Shown here: positions 30,549 to 40,982 of the stretch, one piece after another
How the letters are laid out: each line of letters starts with the position of its first letter
How positions within the stretch are numbered: the first letter of the stretch is position 1
From: a virus
Virus record (IMG/VR): IMGVR_UViG_3300023109_003600
Location: 57,650-121,649 of that record
Strand: one strand, 5' to 3'
Length of the DNA: 64,000 bases
Notes under the pieces: model-generated
Database searches by the model: none
Told to the model about the DNA's origin: nothing
Seen by the model: the letters and a program-made list of their open reading frames with translations, nothing else
Made by a program: the position numbers and the translations under genes

Positions 30549-31302
30549 TTAAAGATCGCAAATTATATTGTTGATTAAGGTTTTTTAATGGGTGATATAA
30601 ATTATTTTTGTCAATAAAAGCTCCATCAAAACAATTCTTTGGAAGCTGGTGGTTAAAAAACATAATATATTTCAATTCTTCAATATATTTGGCGCGCAAA
30701 TTATTTTTCAGAGCAATATTAGCAAATAAAATTTCATCCATCTCTAAATATTTTTTATTATTTGCAGAGATCTTCAACGCTTTAAAGAAATCCTTCGAGC
30801 ATCTTATAGCGCACGACATGCTAGTATATACCTCTTGATCAGGAAGCTCCTCTAAAGCGTTTTTATACCAATGCCAACCAGGTTCTAAGGGTTTTATTTT
30901 AGGACACAGAAGGTCTTCGGATGGGTATTTAGCATCTATTTTTAATAAAGTCTCTGAGCTAGGTATAAAAACATCCTCTTCCACCATCCAGACATTTTCA
31001 TACTCGGTCATCTCTTCAGAAAAAAAATATAAACATCTATCTCTTGTAGAAAAATCTATAATGCCTGATTTGCCATATGTCGAACCATTGTAGCCCAAGG
31101 ATTCACATTTTTTTTCGCAAGGACTTATTATTGACATCATTCGAACAAGTTTAGAATTAACTTTCGAAATAAGGTTTTTGTCCTGCACTAACACATACAA
31201 ATCATAATTATTACGCATAGAACAAATAAATCTCAATTGATTAAAATCGAGATTCAAACTCAACAAACACAAAGCATTTTTATGTTGACTTTTGTAAATC
31301 AT
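30541..31302 (-). CDS. Putative glycosyltransferase-like protein
   Basis: YENVWMVEEDV, W.W, SMSCAIR.S, E..F and LYHPLK pattern. Confidence 0.55.
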   Translation of the reverse strand: MIYKSQHKNALCLLSLNLDFNQLRFICSMRNNYDLYVLVQDKNLISKVNSKLVRMMSIISPCEKKCESLGYNGSTYGKSGIIDFSTRDRCLYFFSEEMTEYENVWMVEEDVFIPSSETLLKIDAKYPSEDLLCPKIKPLEPGWHWYKNALEELPDQEVYTSMSCAIRCSKDFFKALKISANNKKYLEMDEILFANIALKNNLRAKYIEELKYIMFFNHQLPKNCFDGAFIDKNNLYHPLKNLNQQYNLRSLIN

Positions 31303-31321
31303 TTACATATAATAACCAATA

Positions 31322-31639
31322 ATGATCGAAAGTATAGCAGAAAATATTTTTTTTGAAAAAGGTTACGATAAAGGGTACGCAGATTGTCAAGAAAACATGG
31401 CCAAAGAATATGATAAACTGTCTAAGTGGAACTGCATCTTAAATAAAGTGCCAAGCATGGATGATTTTTTATTTCTATATGTACAAGGAGATAATTGGCA
31501 GGGAACAGGTTTTTATTTTGGCAAGGACAAAGAGCTAAAAGAAGAAAACAATCATATTTTTGGTGGTTGTGCTGGCATGATTACGGGAGAGATTAGTCAT
31601 TGGATGATTGCGCCTAAACCGCCGAAAAAACAATCATGA
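31322..31639 (+). CDS. DUF551-like protein
   Basis: W...P and C-terminal ISHWM..PKPP. Confidence 0.6.
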   Translation: MIESIAENIFFEKGYDKGYADCQENMAKEYDKLSKWNCILNKVPSMDDFLFLYVQGDNWQGTGFYFGKDKELKEENNHIFGGCAGMITGEISHWMIAPKPPKKQS

Positions 31640-31778
31640 AATCAATCTTAAGTTTCATTGCTTACATCATTGGAAACTTAATTAGTAAATTACTATATTT
31701 TAATTGCTGCTCTTTTCTTTATAAACCATACAGTAAAATAATGCTAATCAGCAGTAAATTAGACATCCGTCAAAAATT

Positions 31779-32510
31779 ATGGAAACGGCCCAAAAATTAA
31801 AATTATACAAATCAAAAACAGTAAAATTTGACGTAGATCGCCACTACTACTCTTTTTATTTTTGCGGACATAGCCCTCAATTACATAAAAAAGGTCTACA
31901 AAGAGACGGTAAAAATCCACTACAATTCTTCATGAGAGACATGACTCGTCAAAAATATGAATCTTTACCTAATGGCAGATATTACGAGTACAACTTAAAC
32001 TCATTAAGCGCGTTCAAGAATCAACCTTGCAAAAAGTACTATATTTTGGACGCGAATAAATCAAAAGTTTTCGTAGGATTCGAATTATACGAAGATATTC
32101 CTAGTAGCACAATAAATACCGACCAATTATATTTTGACGTAAAGGGTGGTAAATTAAATTATCTCAAAAAACCCAAAAAAAAAAGTGCAGAAGCTCATAA
32201 ACAGAATATAAATAAGGCAATCGATTCAGCGCCAACTGCTCATCGTGATGCGTTTGCCGAGAATTACATTAAATTCATTTTAGGTCATAAAAAAATGGGT
32301 CATATAAGTCACGAAGTTTATTGTCATGCTATGCTTATTCTTCGCAAATGTGCGGGTCTAAATCTCATTATACCACACAAGTTTAAAGAATTACTATATA
32401 ATATATATGGTCAAGATTCAAAGGTAAATAAATCAACTGCTGAATCAGAATTTATATTGTATGCTTTAAAAGCATTTAAAAGAACAGGAAAAGAAAGTAT
32501 TTATAAATAA
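31779..32510 (+). CDS. Hypothetical basic protein
   Basis: 243-aa ORF abutting the next gene. Confidence 0.6.
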   Translation: METAQKLKLYKSKTVKFDVDRHYYSFYFCGHSPQLHKKGLQRDGKNPLQFFMRDMTRQKYESLPNGRYYEYNLNSLSAFKNQPCKKYYILDANKSKVFVGFELYEDIPSSTINTDQLYFDVKGGKLNYLKKPKKKSAEAHKQNINKAIDSAPTAHRDAFAENYIKFILGHKKMGHISHEVYCHAMLILRKCAGLNLIIPHKFKELLYNIYGQDSKVNKSTAESEFILYALKAFKRTGKESIYK

Positions 32511-32945
32511 ATGAATAAAATAAAAACAGGAATTACATTTAGCACATTTGATTTACTTCACACAGGACATATTGCTATGTTAGCTGAAGCAAAATCTGTT
32601 TGTAATTATTTAATATGTGGACTTCATGTTGATCCACAAGTTGAGCGACCAAATAAAAATAAACCTATACAAAGTGTTGTTGAGCGTTATATTCAATTAT
32701 CTTCGGTGCAATATGTTGATGAAGTGATTCCATATAATCTTGAAAAAGATTTGCATGATATTTTATTGACTTACCCTATTAACGTAAGAATTATTGGTGC
32801 AGACTATAAAGGTGTTGAATTTTCGGGCAAAGATATTTGCTTGACAAAAGGCATAGAGATTTATTACAATAAACGCTCTCACAATTTCTCCAGTACAGAG
32901 TTAAGAAAAAGAATACAACAAGCAGAAGATGAAAAACAAACTTAA
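32511..32945 (+). CDS. tagD: Glycerol-3-phosphate cytidylyltransferase-like protein
   Basis: STFDLLHTGH, YVDEVIPY, RSHNFSSTELR. Confidence 0.88.
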   Translation: MNKIKTGITFSTFDLLHTGHIAMLAEAKSVCNYLICGLHVDPQVERPNKNKPIQSVVERYIQLSSVQYVDEVIPYNLEKDLHDILLTYPINVRIIGADYKGVEFSGKDICLTKGIEIYYNKRSHNFSSTELRKRIQQAEDEKQT

Positions 32946-33025
32946 ACAAATTAAAGAATTATTCTTGGGCGTTGGAACGCTTTTTATCTTGATATTCTTG
33001 CAAATATGGTATATAATTACAGGCA

Positions 33026-33859
33026 ATGAGTAAAATATTAGTAACAGGTCACAAAGGTTACATAGGTTCACACCTATATTCTGAAATAAAAAAAGATTCT
33101 TCTCACGATGTCTACGGAATAGACTTAAAAGATGGAGATGATGCCCTATACTGCTTGCCAGACGAGCAATTTGATACCGTATTTCATTTCTGCGCATACC
33201 CAAGGGTAGAATATTCCGTCCTCAATCCAAGTTATACATTACAACAAAATGTACTGGTTACATCTAAACTTTTAGAATGGAGTAAAAACCACGGAGTTAA
33301 AAAATTTATATTCTCGTCTTCGTCTGCAATTATGGGAGATGGAGATGGAGCCCCAAAATCTCCTTATGGCTTGCATAAACTCATGTCGGAAATGGAATGT
33401 AAATTATACAAAGAACTGTATGGGGTACATTGTGTTTGCCTCCGTTATTTTAACGCTTACTCAGAAGATCAGCCTTACGGGGGCGCATATACCACAGCAA
33501 TTTCTGCATGGATGGAAATGATTCGTCAAAATAAACCTTTGCGATTAGATGGAGATGGGGAGCAAACTAGAGATTTTGTTCATGTTGAGGATATCGTATC
33601 AGCAAATATACTAGCGATGAATAACAGCGAAATGGATGATGACTACTATAACGTTGGCTACGGTTTTTCATTTTCCTTAAATTATATAAAAGATTTTATC
33701 GACAGGCATCAAAAAGTAGAATGGGACTTTGCCTCTCCAAGAAAAGGAGATGCGAGAAATACCCTTGCAAATAATCAGTCCCTGATTGATTGTGGTTGGA
33801 AGCCAAAAGTTCATTTTAATGAAGGACTAGAGAGGTGCTTCGGGAAGGCTTTAGTATAA
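33026..33859 (+). CDS. NAD-dependent epimerase/dehydratase (extended SDR)
   Basis: TGHKGYIG, FSSSS, SPYGLHK, LRYFN, GDGEQTRDF. Confidence 0.93.
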   Translation: MSKILVTGHKGYIGSHLYSEIKKDSSHDVYGIDLKDGDDALYCLPDEQFDTVFHFCAYPRVEYSVLNPSYTLQQNVLVTSKLLEWSKNHGVKKFIFSSSSAIMGDGDGAPKSPYGLHKLMSEMECKLYKELYGVHCVCLRYFNAYSEDQPYGGAYTTAISAWMEMIRQNKPLRLDGDGEQTRDFVHVEDIVSANILAMNNSEMDDDYYNVGYGFSFSLNYIKDFIDRHQKVEWDFASPRKGDARNTLANNQSLIDCGWKPKVHFNEGLERCFGKALV

Positions 33860-33928
33860 AAATGGAAATGATGATTGTATTTATAATCTTAATGATATTC
33901 ATTATTACTGCAGACTGGTTATTGTAAT

Positions 33929-34661
33929 ATGGCTATATCAAATTTTCAGCATCCTTATTTCGAAGAGTTAAAAGCCCTCAGGGCAGAAGTTCCGCAAAAT
34001 ATTGAGTTTTGCGAGTCAAAGGAGATTGAAAAATACCCTCAAGAAACCAAAATCATACTAAAATCTTTAGATCTCATAGAAGAAGGTTGGGGCCTAAGCA
34101 TGCTAACAGACGAAAGCAGGATTTCAGATTTTAATTTAACAGAAAAAGAGTTAAATTTTCTTTCGAGTACATTAGGTTTTAAAGTTAAAGATGACCAATT
34201 AATTTTACTCATATCTAAACAGATTCATGATAACAAGAAATAGCTGGATTCAAGATGATATCAAAAATATAACAATCTACCTAAAAAAAGATCAAATCTT
34301 AATAGATGAAGGAGTAGATAAACTTAATAATAAGTTAAATTCGCATAAAGGCCTTAATAAAAATTTTGCCTTTATAGATACCTCAGATTACACATTTGAA
34401 GATCAAGATTATTTTTTAGATTTCTTTTATTTGTTGTCGCACAAAGCCAACAAAGGCTTAGCAGTAATAACAAATCATCAAAATTTAACCCAGCAAAAAA
34501 CTTTAAATTTGCAGTTTATTTATTTCAATGGGGTCGAGAGTCAAGAAAGTTTTGAGTCTAAGAAAAAATTTAGACACGCAAGTCTTAGACTTCAAGAAAC
34601 TCTGGAAATGGTTATGCCAATGCCAGCCGATGAGTACTTATTCAACCCATTTAGTGTATAG
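33929..34661 (+). CDS. Two hypothetical ORFs (33929-34243, 34227-34661)
   Basis: ORF track. Confidence 0.55.
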
Positions 34662-34667
34662 ATTAGT

Positions 34668-35528
34668 ATGATTGACCCTCAACAACATAGAAATATCCCC
34701 TGCTTTTATCATGTACCTAAAAATGCTGGAACATATACAATTAGTTTAATGATATTATTTTTTAGATTATTAAGGCGGGATCGCACAACCTGGCAGTCTC
34801 GAGTATCAGGGCCTAGTGCAAGAAATATTGTAATACATCTTAATAATCTAGAAATTGCTCGTCTAATTGCGGGAGACCCTAATGATATATGCAACCAAGC
34901 CCCAATTTTCAAACGCGGATCAGAAGACAAAACACATTATACAATCAATTTAAGCGATTGCTCTGCAGAGACATTTAGTTGTTTGAATATTTTTTCAATA
35001 GTTATTGAGTCGGATGGATTCATATACCACGATCAAATTAAAAAGTCTTTTGAAAAATATAATTTAATTGACTTTATGATATTGCGAGAACCCATCAAGA
35101 GAGTAATATCTTTCTTTGACTACATCAATTCAGACAAAGCAAAACACGAACCAACTTATGGAATTATTCCTAATAAATTTGCAGAATATGCAAAAAGTCA
35201 ATACACAGAAGATAGCTGGTTAATTCGTCAATTTGCAAATGTAGATAACTCCAAGGGAATTACTCTAGAAAACTATAATACAGCCCTCAATATTTTAAAA
35301 AAGTTTAAATCATGCGACATCAAAGATACAGATTCCTTTGTAAGAAATATATTTAAAGAATCTTTAAATTTAAAACTAACGCAACAGGACATGCAAGCCA
35401 AGGGTTGGAGTACAATTCGCAACTCAAAATCAGAAAATCCCACAATCATCGACGAAGAATCACGTAAAATATTACAACAAAGAATGAAATACGACATTGA
35501 TTTATACAACAAATTACTATCATGCTAA
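34668..35528 (+). CDS. Sulfotransferase (Sulfotransfer_2-like)
   Basis: FYHVPKNAGT, ILREPIKRVISFFDY, DIDLY. Confidence 0.82.
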   Translation: MIDPQQHRNIPCFYHVPKNAGTYTISLMILFFRLLRRDRTTWQSRVSGPSARNIVIHLNNLEIARLIAGDPNDICNQAPIFKRGSEDKTHYTINLSDCSAETFSCLNIFSIVIESDGFIYHDQIKKSFEKYNLIDFMILREPIKRVISFFDYINSDKAKHEPTYGIIPNKFAEYAKSQYTEDSWLIRQFANVDNSKGITLENYNTALNILKKFKSCDIKDTDSFVRNIFKESLNLKLTQQDMQAKGWSTIRNSKSENPTIIDEESRKILQQRMKYDIDLYNKLLSC

Positions 35529-36172
35529 TATCACACTCGCATAAATTCATAACAATTGATATTCCAAAAACTGGCTCAAGATCCTTGCGAGAAACTTTTG
35601 TACCCCAAAATGTAATTGATATAATTGGCCTACCACAGCCAGACTCAGAGTATTATCAACACGGAACTGCTCAACAATGCTCTAATTCTCTATACAACTT
35701 AATGAAAGACTTTGCAGACTATTTTTCATTTACCATTGTTCGAAATCCTTGGGATCGTTATTATAGTTTCTTTAAATATTTTAAAGAATATGCCGAGAAA
35801 TATAAAAACAAAGACTCAAGCATCACATGGAATGCTCCTGAAATTAACCAAGGAAAAATGTGCGAACAATTATTTGCAAATAAAACAGATGAAACTGTAT
35901 TTCGAAATATTATCATAAATAATGTATGCCAAAGTGATTATTATACGAATAAAAATGGCGAAATTATGGTCTCCCATATAGCAAAATTTGAAAACATCAA
36001 CCAAGAATTTGAATCGCTCTGCAACAAAGTGAATGTAAAATATTCGCCATTATTTCACGGAAATAAAAGTGCATCAAAAACTAGATATACAGATGCTTAT
36101 ACCCAGCTGACCATTGATTTAGTCGCAGAAAAAGAAAAAAGTGTAATAAAATTAAAAGGATATGAATATTAA
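35522..36172 (+). CDS. Sulfotransferase (Sulfotransfer_2-like)
   Basis: FITIDIPKTGSRS, FTIVRNPWDRYYS, KFENI. Confidence 0.85.
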   Translation: MLISHSHKFITIDIPKTGSRSLRETFVPQNVIDIIGLPQPDSEYYQHGTAQQCSNSLYNLMKDFADYFSFTIVRNPWDRYYSFFKYFKEYAEKYKNKDSSITWNAPEINQGKMCEQLFANKTDETVFRNIIINNVCQSDYYTNKNGEIMVSHIAKFENINQEFESLCNKVNVKYSPLFHGNKSASKTRYTDAYTQLTIDLVAEKEKSVIKLKGYEY

Positions 36173-36818
36173 CGCTAATACTTCAAAAGACCTTCTTAAT
36201 TACATAAAAGAAATAGAATCAACAAATTCATCTTTTTGCAAAATTGGTGACTCTGCTGAAACTTTAATTGTAAGTTTTGGGCATATTGTCCACGGAGGCT
36301 TTGCGAGTAAAACTAGTTTAGTAAATCAAAAATGTGAAAATAACAATTTTGATATCTTGTATATTCGAGACGTTGAAAAGAATTTTTATCTTGATGCTTT
36401 GCCCAAAATAGGAAACTCGCTTGCAGAGACAATAAACTTTCTAGAATCAGCGACATCAAAATATAAAACTACAATTTATATAGGAAGTAGTATGGGAGGA
36501 TATGCAAGTATTTTATTCGCAAGTATATTAAAAGGTACTACCGCAATTGCCCAGATGCCACAAACTGATCTTGAATATGTTTATAATCATTGCATAGACA
36601 TATTTAAGCCAATCAAAAATAAATATCCAGACGTATGGAATTCGTATAAAAACTTAAATTCTGTCATCAATGATTCCACACAATATATCGTTGGTGGATT
36701 TGATCCAAATGCAAATGTTTTGCACGATTTACATCACTATAAAAATATCAAATCTCACGCAAATGTAAAAATGCCAAACAACTTTGATTTTGTAAACGAG
36801 GTGAAAACGCACATGTAG
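36162..36818 (+). CDS. Alpha/beta-hydrolase-fold protein
   Basis: LIVSFG, YIRD and GSSMGGY nucleophile elbow. Confidence 0.75.
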   Translation: MNINANTSKDLLNYIKEIESTNSSFCKIGDSAETLIVSFGHIVHGGFASKTSLVNQKCENNNFDILYIRDVEKNFYLDALPKIGNSLAETINFLESATSKYKTTIYIGSSMGGYASILFASILKGTTAIAQMPQTDLEYVYNHCIDIFKPIKNKYPDVWNSYKNLNSVINDSTQYIVGGFDPNANVLHDLHHYKNIKSHANVKMPNNFDFVNEVKTHM

Positions 36819-36828
36819 TAAATCTAAA

Positions 36829-37587
36829 ATGAAAATATACACCTACTATCAGAATATAAATCACAATAACCAATCCGAACTAATTGACTTATGGAAAATT
36901 AGTTGGTCACGACAAGGTTACGAACCAATCGTGCTAAATTTACAAGACGCAAAAAGACATTCGTATTTCGATACACTAAACACAGAAATGCGTAGAATTT
37001 TCAAAGAAATTACAAACAAAGAAATTTCTGATTACGGAATGAGTTGTTGGTTTCGTTGGTTGGCATATGCAACGCAAGCAGATGAAAAATTTTATGTGAG
37101 TGATTATGATGCAATCAATGTTAATTTTCCGATCACAGAGCCAAACGATAAACTTCATTTAATGGATGGTGGTTGCCCTTTTTTAGCAAGTGGAACACCA
37201 AAACAATTTGAAAATTTATGCAAAGCATTCGTGGAAGCTAGCAATCAAAGAATTGATATTTTAAAACAACAAACAGATCATTATCATGATCAAGAATTTT
37301 TTCAATATAACTTCATGCCACAACAAAATGATTCTGCTGAAGATCTAAGAAAGCAACACGACATTTTAATGACGAGAAATAGGCATGAAATTGGTGGATA
37401 TATAGATCCTGTGGAAAACAAAATACTTGCAGGTCCAAACATTGGATACATTGAAAACGAAAACTGTAAAGTGGTTCATGTGTCACATCACAGTATCGGA
37501 ACTTTACAAGAAAAATATGCTCAATATAAAAACCTTAATGCTAGTCAATTGAGAATCGACTTAGTTAAACAATTTCTTGGGATTTAA
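36829..37587 (+). CDS. Putative GT-A glycosyltransferase-like protein
   Basis: W..SW...G, C..RWLA, SDYD (DXD), HDQ. Confidence 0.55.
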   Translation: MKIYTYYQNINHNNQSELIDLWKISWSRQGYEPIVLNLQDAKRHSYFDTLNTEMRRIFKEITNKEISDYGMSCWFRWLAYATQADEKFYVSDYDAINVNFPITEPNDKLHLMDGGCPFLASGTPKQFENLCKAFVEASNQRIDILKQQTDHYHDQEFFQYNFMPQQNDSAEDLRKQHDILMTRNRHEIGGYIDPVENKILAGPNIGYIENENCKVVHVSHHSIGTLQEKYAQYKNLNASQLRIDLVKQFLGI

Positions 37588-37588
37588 G

Positions 37589-37678
37589 ATGAAAAAACCA
37601 TTATTCATACATGTTCCAAAGGCAGGAGGAAGTTCCATTAAAAGCATCATCAACAAGAACAATAAAGACAATGACTGA
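37589..37678 (+). pseudogene. Truncated sulfotransferase N-terminus (29 aa)
   Basis: MKKPLFIHVPKAGGSSIKSIINKNNKDND*: PAPS 5'-binding loop followed by an immediate stop overlapping the next gene. Confidence 0.75.
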
Positions 37679-38429
37679 TACAAAAGAATATAATAATATA
37701 ATATATTATCACTATTTTTGCACAGAACGTTCGGCTAAAATATTCGATAACATTTTCAACAAAATAGTTGAATCTGAATTATACCACCATATTAACGCAC
37801 TGTTTGTTAATGTAATTGGTGTTGATTGCGGTCAACACTTACATGATCTGGAAATAAAATACAAAGTCAACAAAAAAATAGTATTTACATCGCATAGAAG
37901 TGATAAGCTTAAAAAAATTCAAGATTCATACACACATGACCAAATATCTAAAAACCCGAAATTATCCATTGGCAGAAATGGCATGGAGGGGGATACATTA
38001 GAATTGTTGCACACTAACACAATCAATTCTACCATGAACACCAATATTTTGTATATACACTCTAAAGGCGCAACTAATGAGGGTGAATTTTGTAATTGGA
38101 AATCACGTGAAGAGTGGCGTAATAACTTAGTAGATGGTACAATTAACGACTGGAGGGAGTGTTTAAATAATCTCACGGATAATCCCCACATTGGACCTAA
38201 TTATCATAAAAATTACCAAGCAAATAGTATACCGCATTATTCTGGAAACTACTGGTGGGCCACATCTAAGCATATAAAAAAACTAGTACCATTCGATGTA
38301 TTCTGTGGTGATGGTTTTCTTGTAAATAAGATACTAAACAAAATTAATCAACACCAAGGACATAAAGACTATTTGAGATTCCTGTCTTCCCCTTTTTATT
38401 TAGCGGAATACTGGATAACACATGGATAA
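37671..38429 (+). CDS. Putative glycan-modifying protein
   Basis: E..TL, ILYIHSKG, WR and HYSGNYWWA, AE.WI pattern; context of the glycan cluster. Confidence 0.55.
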   Translation: MTDTKEYNNIIYYHYFCTERSAKIFDNIFNKIVESELYHHINALFVNVIGVDCGQHLHDLEIKYKVNKKIVFTSHRSDKLKKIQDSYTHDQISKNPKLSIGRNGMEGDTLELLHTNTINSTMNTNILYIHSKGATNEGEFCNWKSREEWRNNLVDGTINDWRECLNNLTDNPHIGPNYHKNYQANSIPHYSGNYWWATSKHIKKLVPFDVFCGDGFLVNKILNKINQHQGHKDYLRFLSSPFYLAEYWITHG

Positions 38430-38437
38430 GTAATTAA

Positions 38438-39220
38438 ATGAGTGAAATAAAAGAAAATAAAACAATTTTTCAAATTTGTATAAATTTAAATGATGATATT
38501 GAGGAATTAAAAAAATCAAGAAAAAGATTTTTAGATTTAAATCCATCCTGGAATTATTTGTGTATTGAAAGCCAAGATCATTTGGATCAAATAATGATTG
38601 ATAATTTTCAAAAATCAAACGATGAATTTGAAAATAATATATACAAACTATATTCCGAAATCCCAAATCTTAATAATGGAGGCAGTAAGGCACGTAGGAT
38701 CGCCGACGCAAGCGAGAAAGAACGAATTCGTTTAATTTGTGTGTTGGTTTCACGCACAGATATATTTCGTCTTGGGATGATTTATAAGTTCGGCGGTCTT
38801 TACCTTGATTTAAGTTCAAAACTTGAAATTAACATAGATTCTGAACTTGCTCGTTATGATTGTGCCTTTGTTCGTTCTCCTGCGGAAATTCGTAGTAGTT
38901 TTATTTACGCAAAAAAAGGGCATTTTGTTATAAAGCAAATACTCGATGTTGCAATTCAAAGAGGGCTTGTTGAAAAGTGTAGCAGTCAGATGCAATTGGC
39001 AGGTCCAGGTTGCATTACAGACATAGTTACAAAAATTGCAAATCTCTCGCTCGAAAGCCTAGATGAATTAGTTGAATATAAAACTAAAATTTTTAGAGGG
39101 GGTGATTTGAGTAGAAAAGTAGGTTGGACCATGAATGCAATCTGGAAACGTGATCTTCATAAACAACCAGATAATAATCCTAATAAAAAAATTAACAATC
39201 ATTGGCATTTTGATTACTAA
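38438..39220 (+). CDS. GT32-like glycosyltransferase
   Basis: NPSW.Y, RTDIFR, GGLYLD, AGP. Confidence 0.8.
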   Translation: MSEIKENKTIFQICINLNDDIEELKKSRKRFLDLNPSWNYLCIESQDHLDQIMIDNFQKSNDEFENNIYKLYSEIPNLNNGGSKARRIADASEKERIRLICVLVSRTDIFRLGMIYKFGGLYLDLSSKLEINIDSELARYDCAFVRSPAEIRSSFIYAKKGHFVIKQILDVAIQRGLVEKCSSQMQLAGPGCITDIVTKIANLSLESLDELVEYKTKIFRGGDLSRKVGWTMNAIWKRDLHKQPDNNPNKKINNHWHFDY

Positions 39221-39221
39221 A

Positions 39222-40154
39222 ATGAAAAATATATTAATAACAGGCGGACTTGGTTTTATTGGAAGCAATTTCATAAAACACATATTCAATAAATACAACT
39301 ACAACATATTTAATGTTGACCTAAAAACATATGCAGCAAGCTACGATAACATCAGCGACGAGATTAACAATTCGGGTCGATACAGTTTATCCATTTGTGA
39401 TATTAATGACACAGATCGTATTCGCAATTTAATACAAAAGAATGATATAAATTATATTGTTAATTTTGCCGCAGAAAGTCATGTAGATAATAGCATAAAT
39501 GACTCGACTCCTTTTGTTCAGACTAACATAAATGGGACGCATTCCCTGTTAAGTTTGCTTCGAGATTGCTCAACCATCGAGAGGTATCTTCAAGTGTCCA
39601 CAGACGAGGTTTATGGGGCTTTAAGCGAAGAAGATGATGCTTTTACTGAAAATACTTCAATACAAGCAAATAGCCCTTATTCTGCGAGCAAGGCTAGCGC
39701 AGATTTACTTTGTCGAAGTTTTTATGAGACTTTCGATTATCCTATTTTAATTACTCGCTGTTCAAACAATTATGGACCAAATCAACATGAAGAGAAACTG
39801 ATCCCTCTAATGATTAAAAAGGTCAAGGCTGGTGAGAAATTACCTGTATATGGTGATGGCAGAAACATTCGGGATTGGATACATGTAGCTGATCATTGCT
39901 CTGGTATCGATGCAGTTCTACACGGTGGTAAAATTGGCGAAGTTTACAATATCGGCGGCAAAAATGAAGTTCGCAACATTAACATCGTTAAAACTATTCT
40001 AAAGCTACTAGACAAAGATGAAGATCAAATAGAATATGTAAAAGATCGCTTAGGCCACGATTGGCGTTATGCAATTGACAATAGCAAAATTCAAGAGGAG
40101 TTAAATTGGTTTCCTAGTGTAAAATTTAAAGACGGACTAAAAGAATTATTATGA
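39222..40154 (+). CDS. rmlB: dTDP-glucose 4,6-dehydratase
   Basis: TGGLGFIGSNF, AAESHVDNS, STDEVYG, SPYSASK, SNNYGP, DR.GHD.RY. Confidence 0.96.
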   Translation: MKNILITGGLGFIGSNFIKHIFNKYNYNIFNVDLKTYAASYDNISDEINNSGRYSLSICDINDTDRIRNLIQKNDINYIVNFAAESHVDNSINDSTPFVQTNINGTHSLLSLLRDCSTIERYLQVSTDEVYGALSEEDDAFTENTSIQANSPYSASKASADLLCRSFYETFDYPILITRCSNNYGPNQHEEKLIPLMIKKVKAGEKLPVYGDGRNIRDWIHVADHCSGIDAVLHGGKIGEVYNIGGKNEVRNINIVKTILKLLDKDEDQIEYVKDRLGHDWRYAIDNSKIQEELNWFPSVKFKDGLKELL

Positions 40155-40594
40155 ACAAAGAAATAACAGGATTTACAGCAGGTAACTTTGACTTACTGCA
40201 CCCAGGCTATATTTATACTTTTGAAGAAGCTAAGCGGCATTGTGATCGTTTTTTAGTTTTTCTTCAAAAAGATCCGAGTGCAACACGTTTCACTAAATAT
40301 AAACCCGTAATACCATATTACGAACGCTACAAAGCTCTAATGGCTATAAAATATATAGACGAAGTATATATGTACCAAACAGAAGAAGAGCTTGTTGACT
40401 TAATTAAATTTTGGAAACCAGATATTCGTATACTTGGTGAAGATTATATTGGAAAGAGTTTTACGGGTGATGACCTTCCTCCTCGTGTAATATATACTAC
40501 TCGTTCACATGAGTGGTCAACTACTCGATTAAAAGATTTAATTACAAAACAAACAATAAAACAAAACCGAGACATATTAAAAAATGAGAAATAA
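40151..40594 (+). CDS. Cytidylyltransferase (TagD-like)
   Basis: AGNFDLLHPGY, RILGEDY, RSHEWSTT. Confidence 0.85.
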   Translation: MNKEITGFTAGNFDLLHPGYIYTFEEAKRHCDRFLVFLQKDPSATRFTKYKPVIPYYERYKALMAIKYIDEVYMYQTEEELVDLIKFWKPDIRILGEDYIGKSFTGDDLPPRVIYTTRSHEWSTTRLKDLITKQTIKQNRDILKNEK

Positions 40595-40982
40595 ACTGCG
40601 ACTGGCAGAATGCGAAGAACAATATTGGGAATTTGTTCGCTCATTACGCTTAGATGAAAGAGTGCTTGATGGTTTCATAGAGAAAATGGAAATTACTCCC
40701 GAGCAACAAACGGCTTATATGACCAAACACTCCGAATGCTTCAGAATTGCATTGTTGGGTAATGAACCAGTCGGATACTTCGGTGTTATAGAGGATGACA
40801 TCAGAGTCTGCGTCCACCCCGACCATCAGAAAAAGGGTATTGGCAAGTTTCTTGTAAATAGTTGCTTTGAGATTTGGCCAACTGCACTTGCTAAAATCAA
40901 GGCAACAAACGAATCAAGTCAGAAATTATTTGAGTCATGTGGCTACAAGTTAGAATACTATTTGTATAGGAAGCGCCTTTAA
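40584..40982 (+). CDS. GNAT N-acetyltransferase
   Basis: VHPDHQKKGIG, N..S..LFE..GY. Confidence 0.88.
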   Translation: MRNKLRLAECEEQYWEFVRSLRLDERVLDGFIEKMEITPEQQTAYMTKHSECFRIALLGNEPVGYFGVIEDDIRVCVHPDHQKKGIGKFLVNSCFEIWPTALAKIKATNESSQKLFESCGYKLEYYLYRKRL

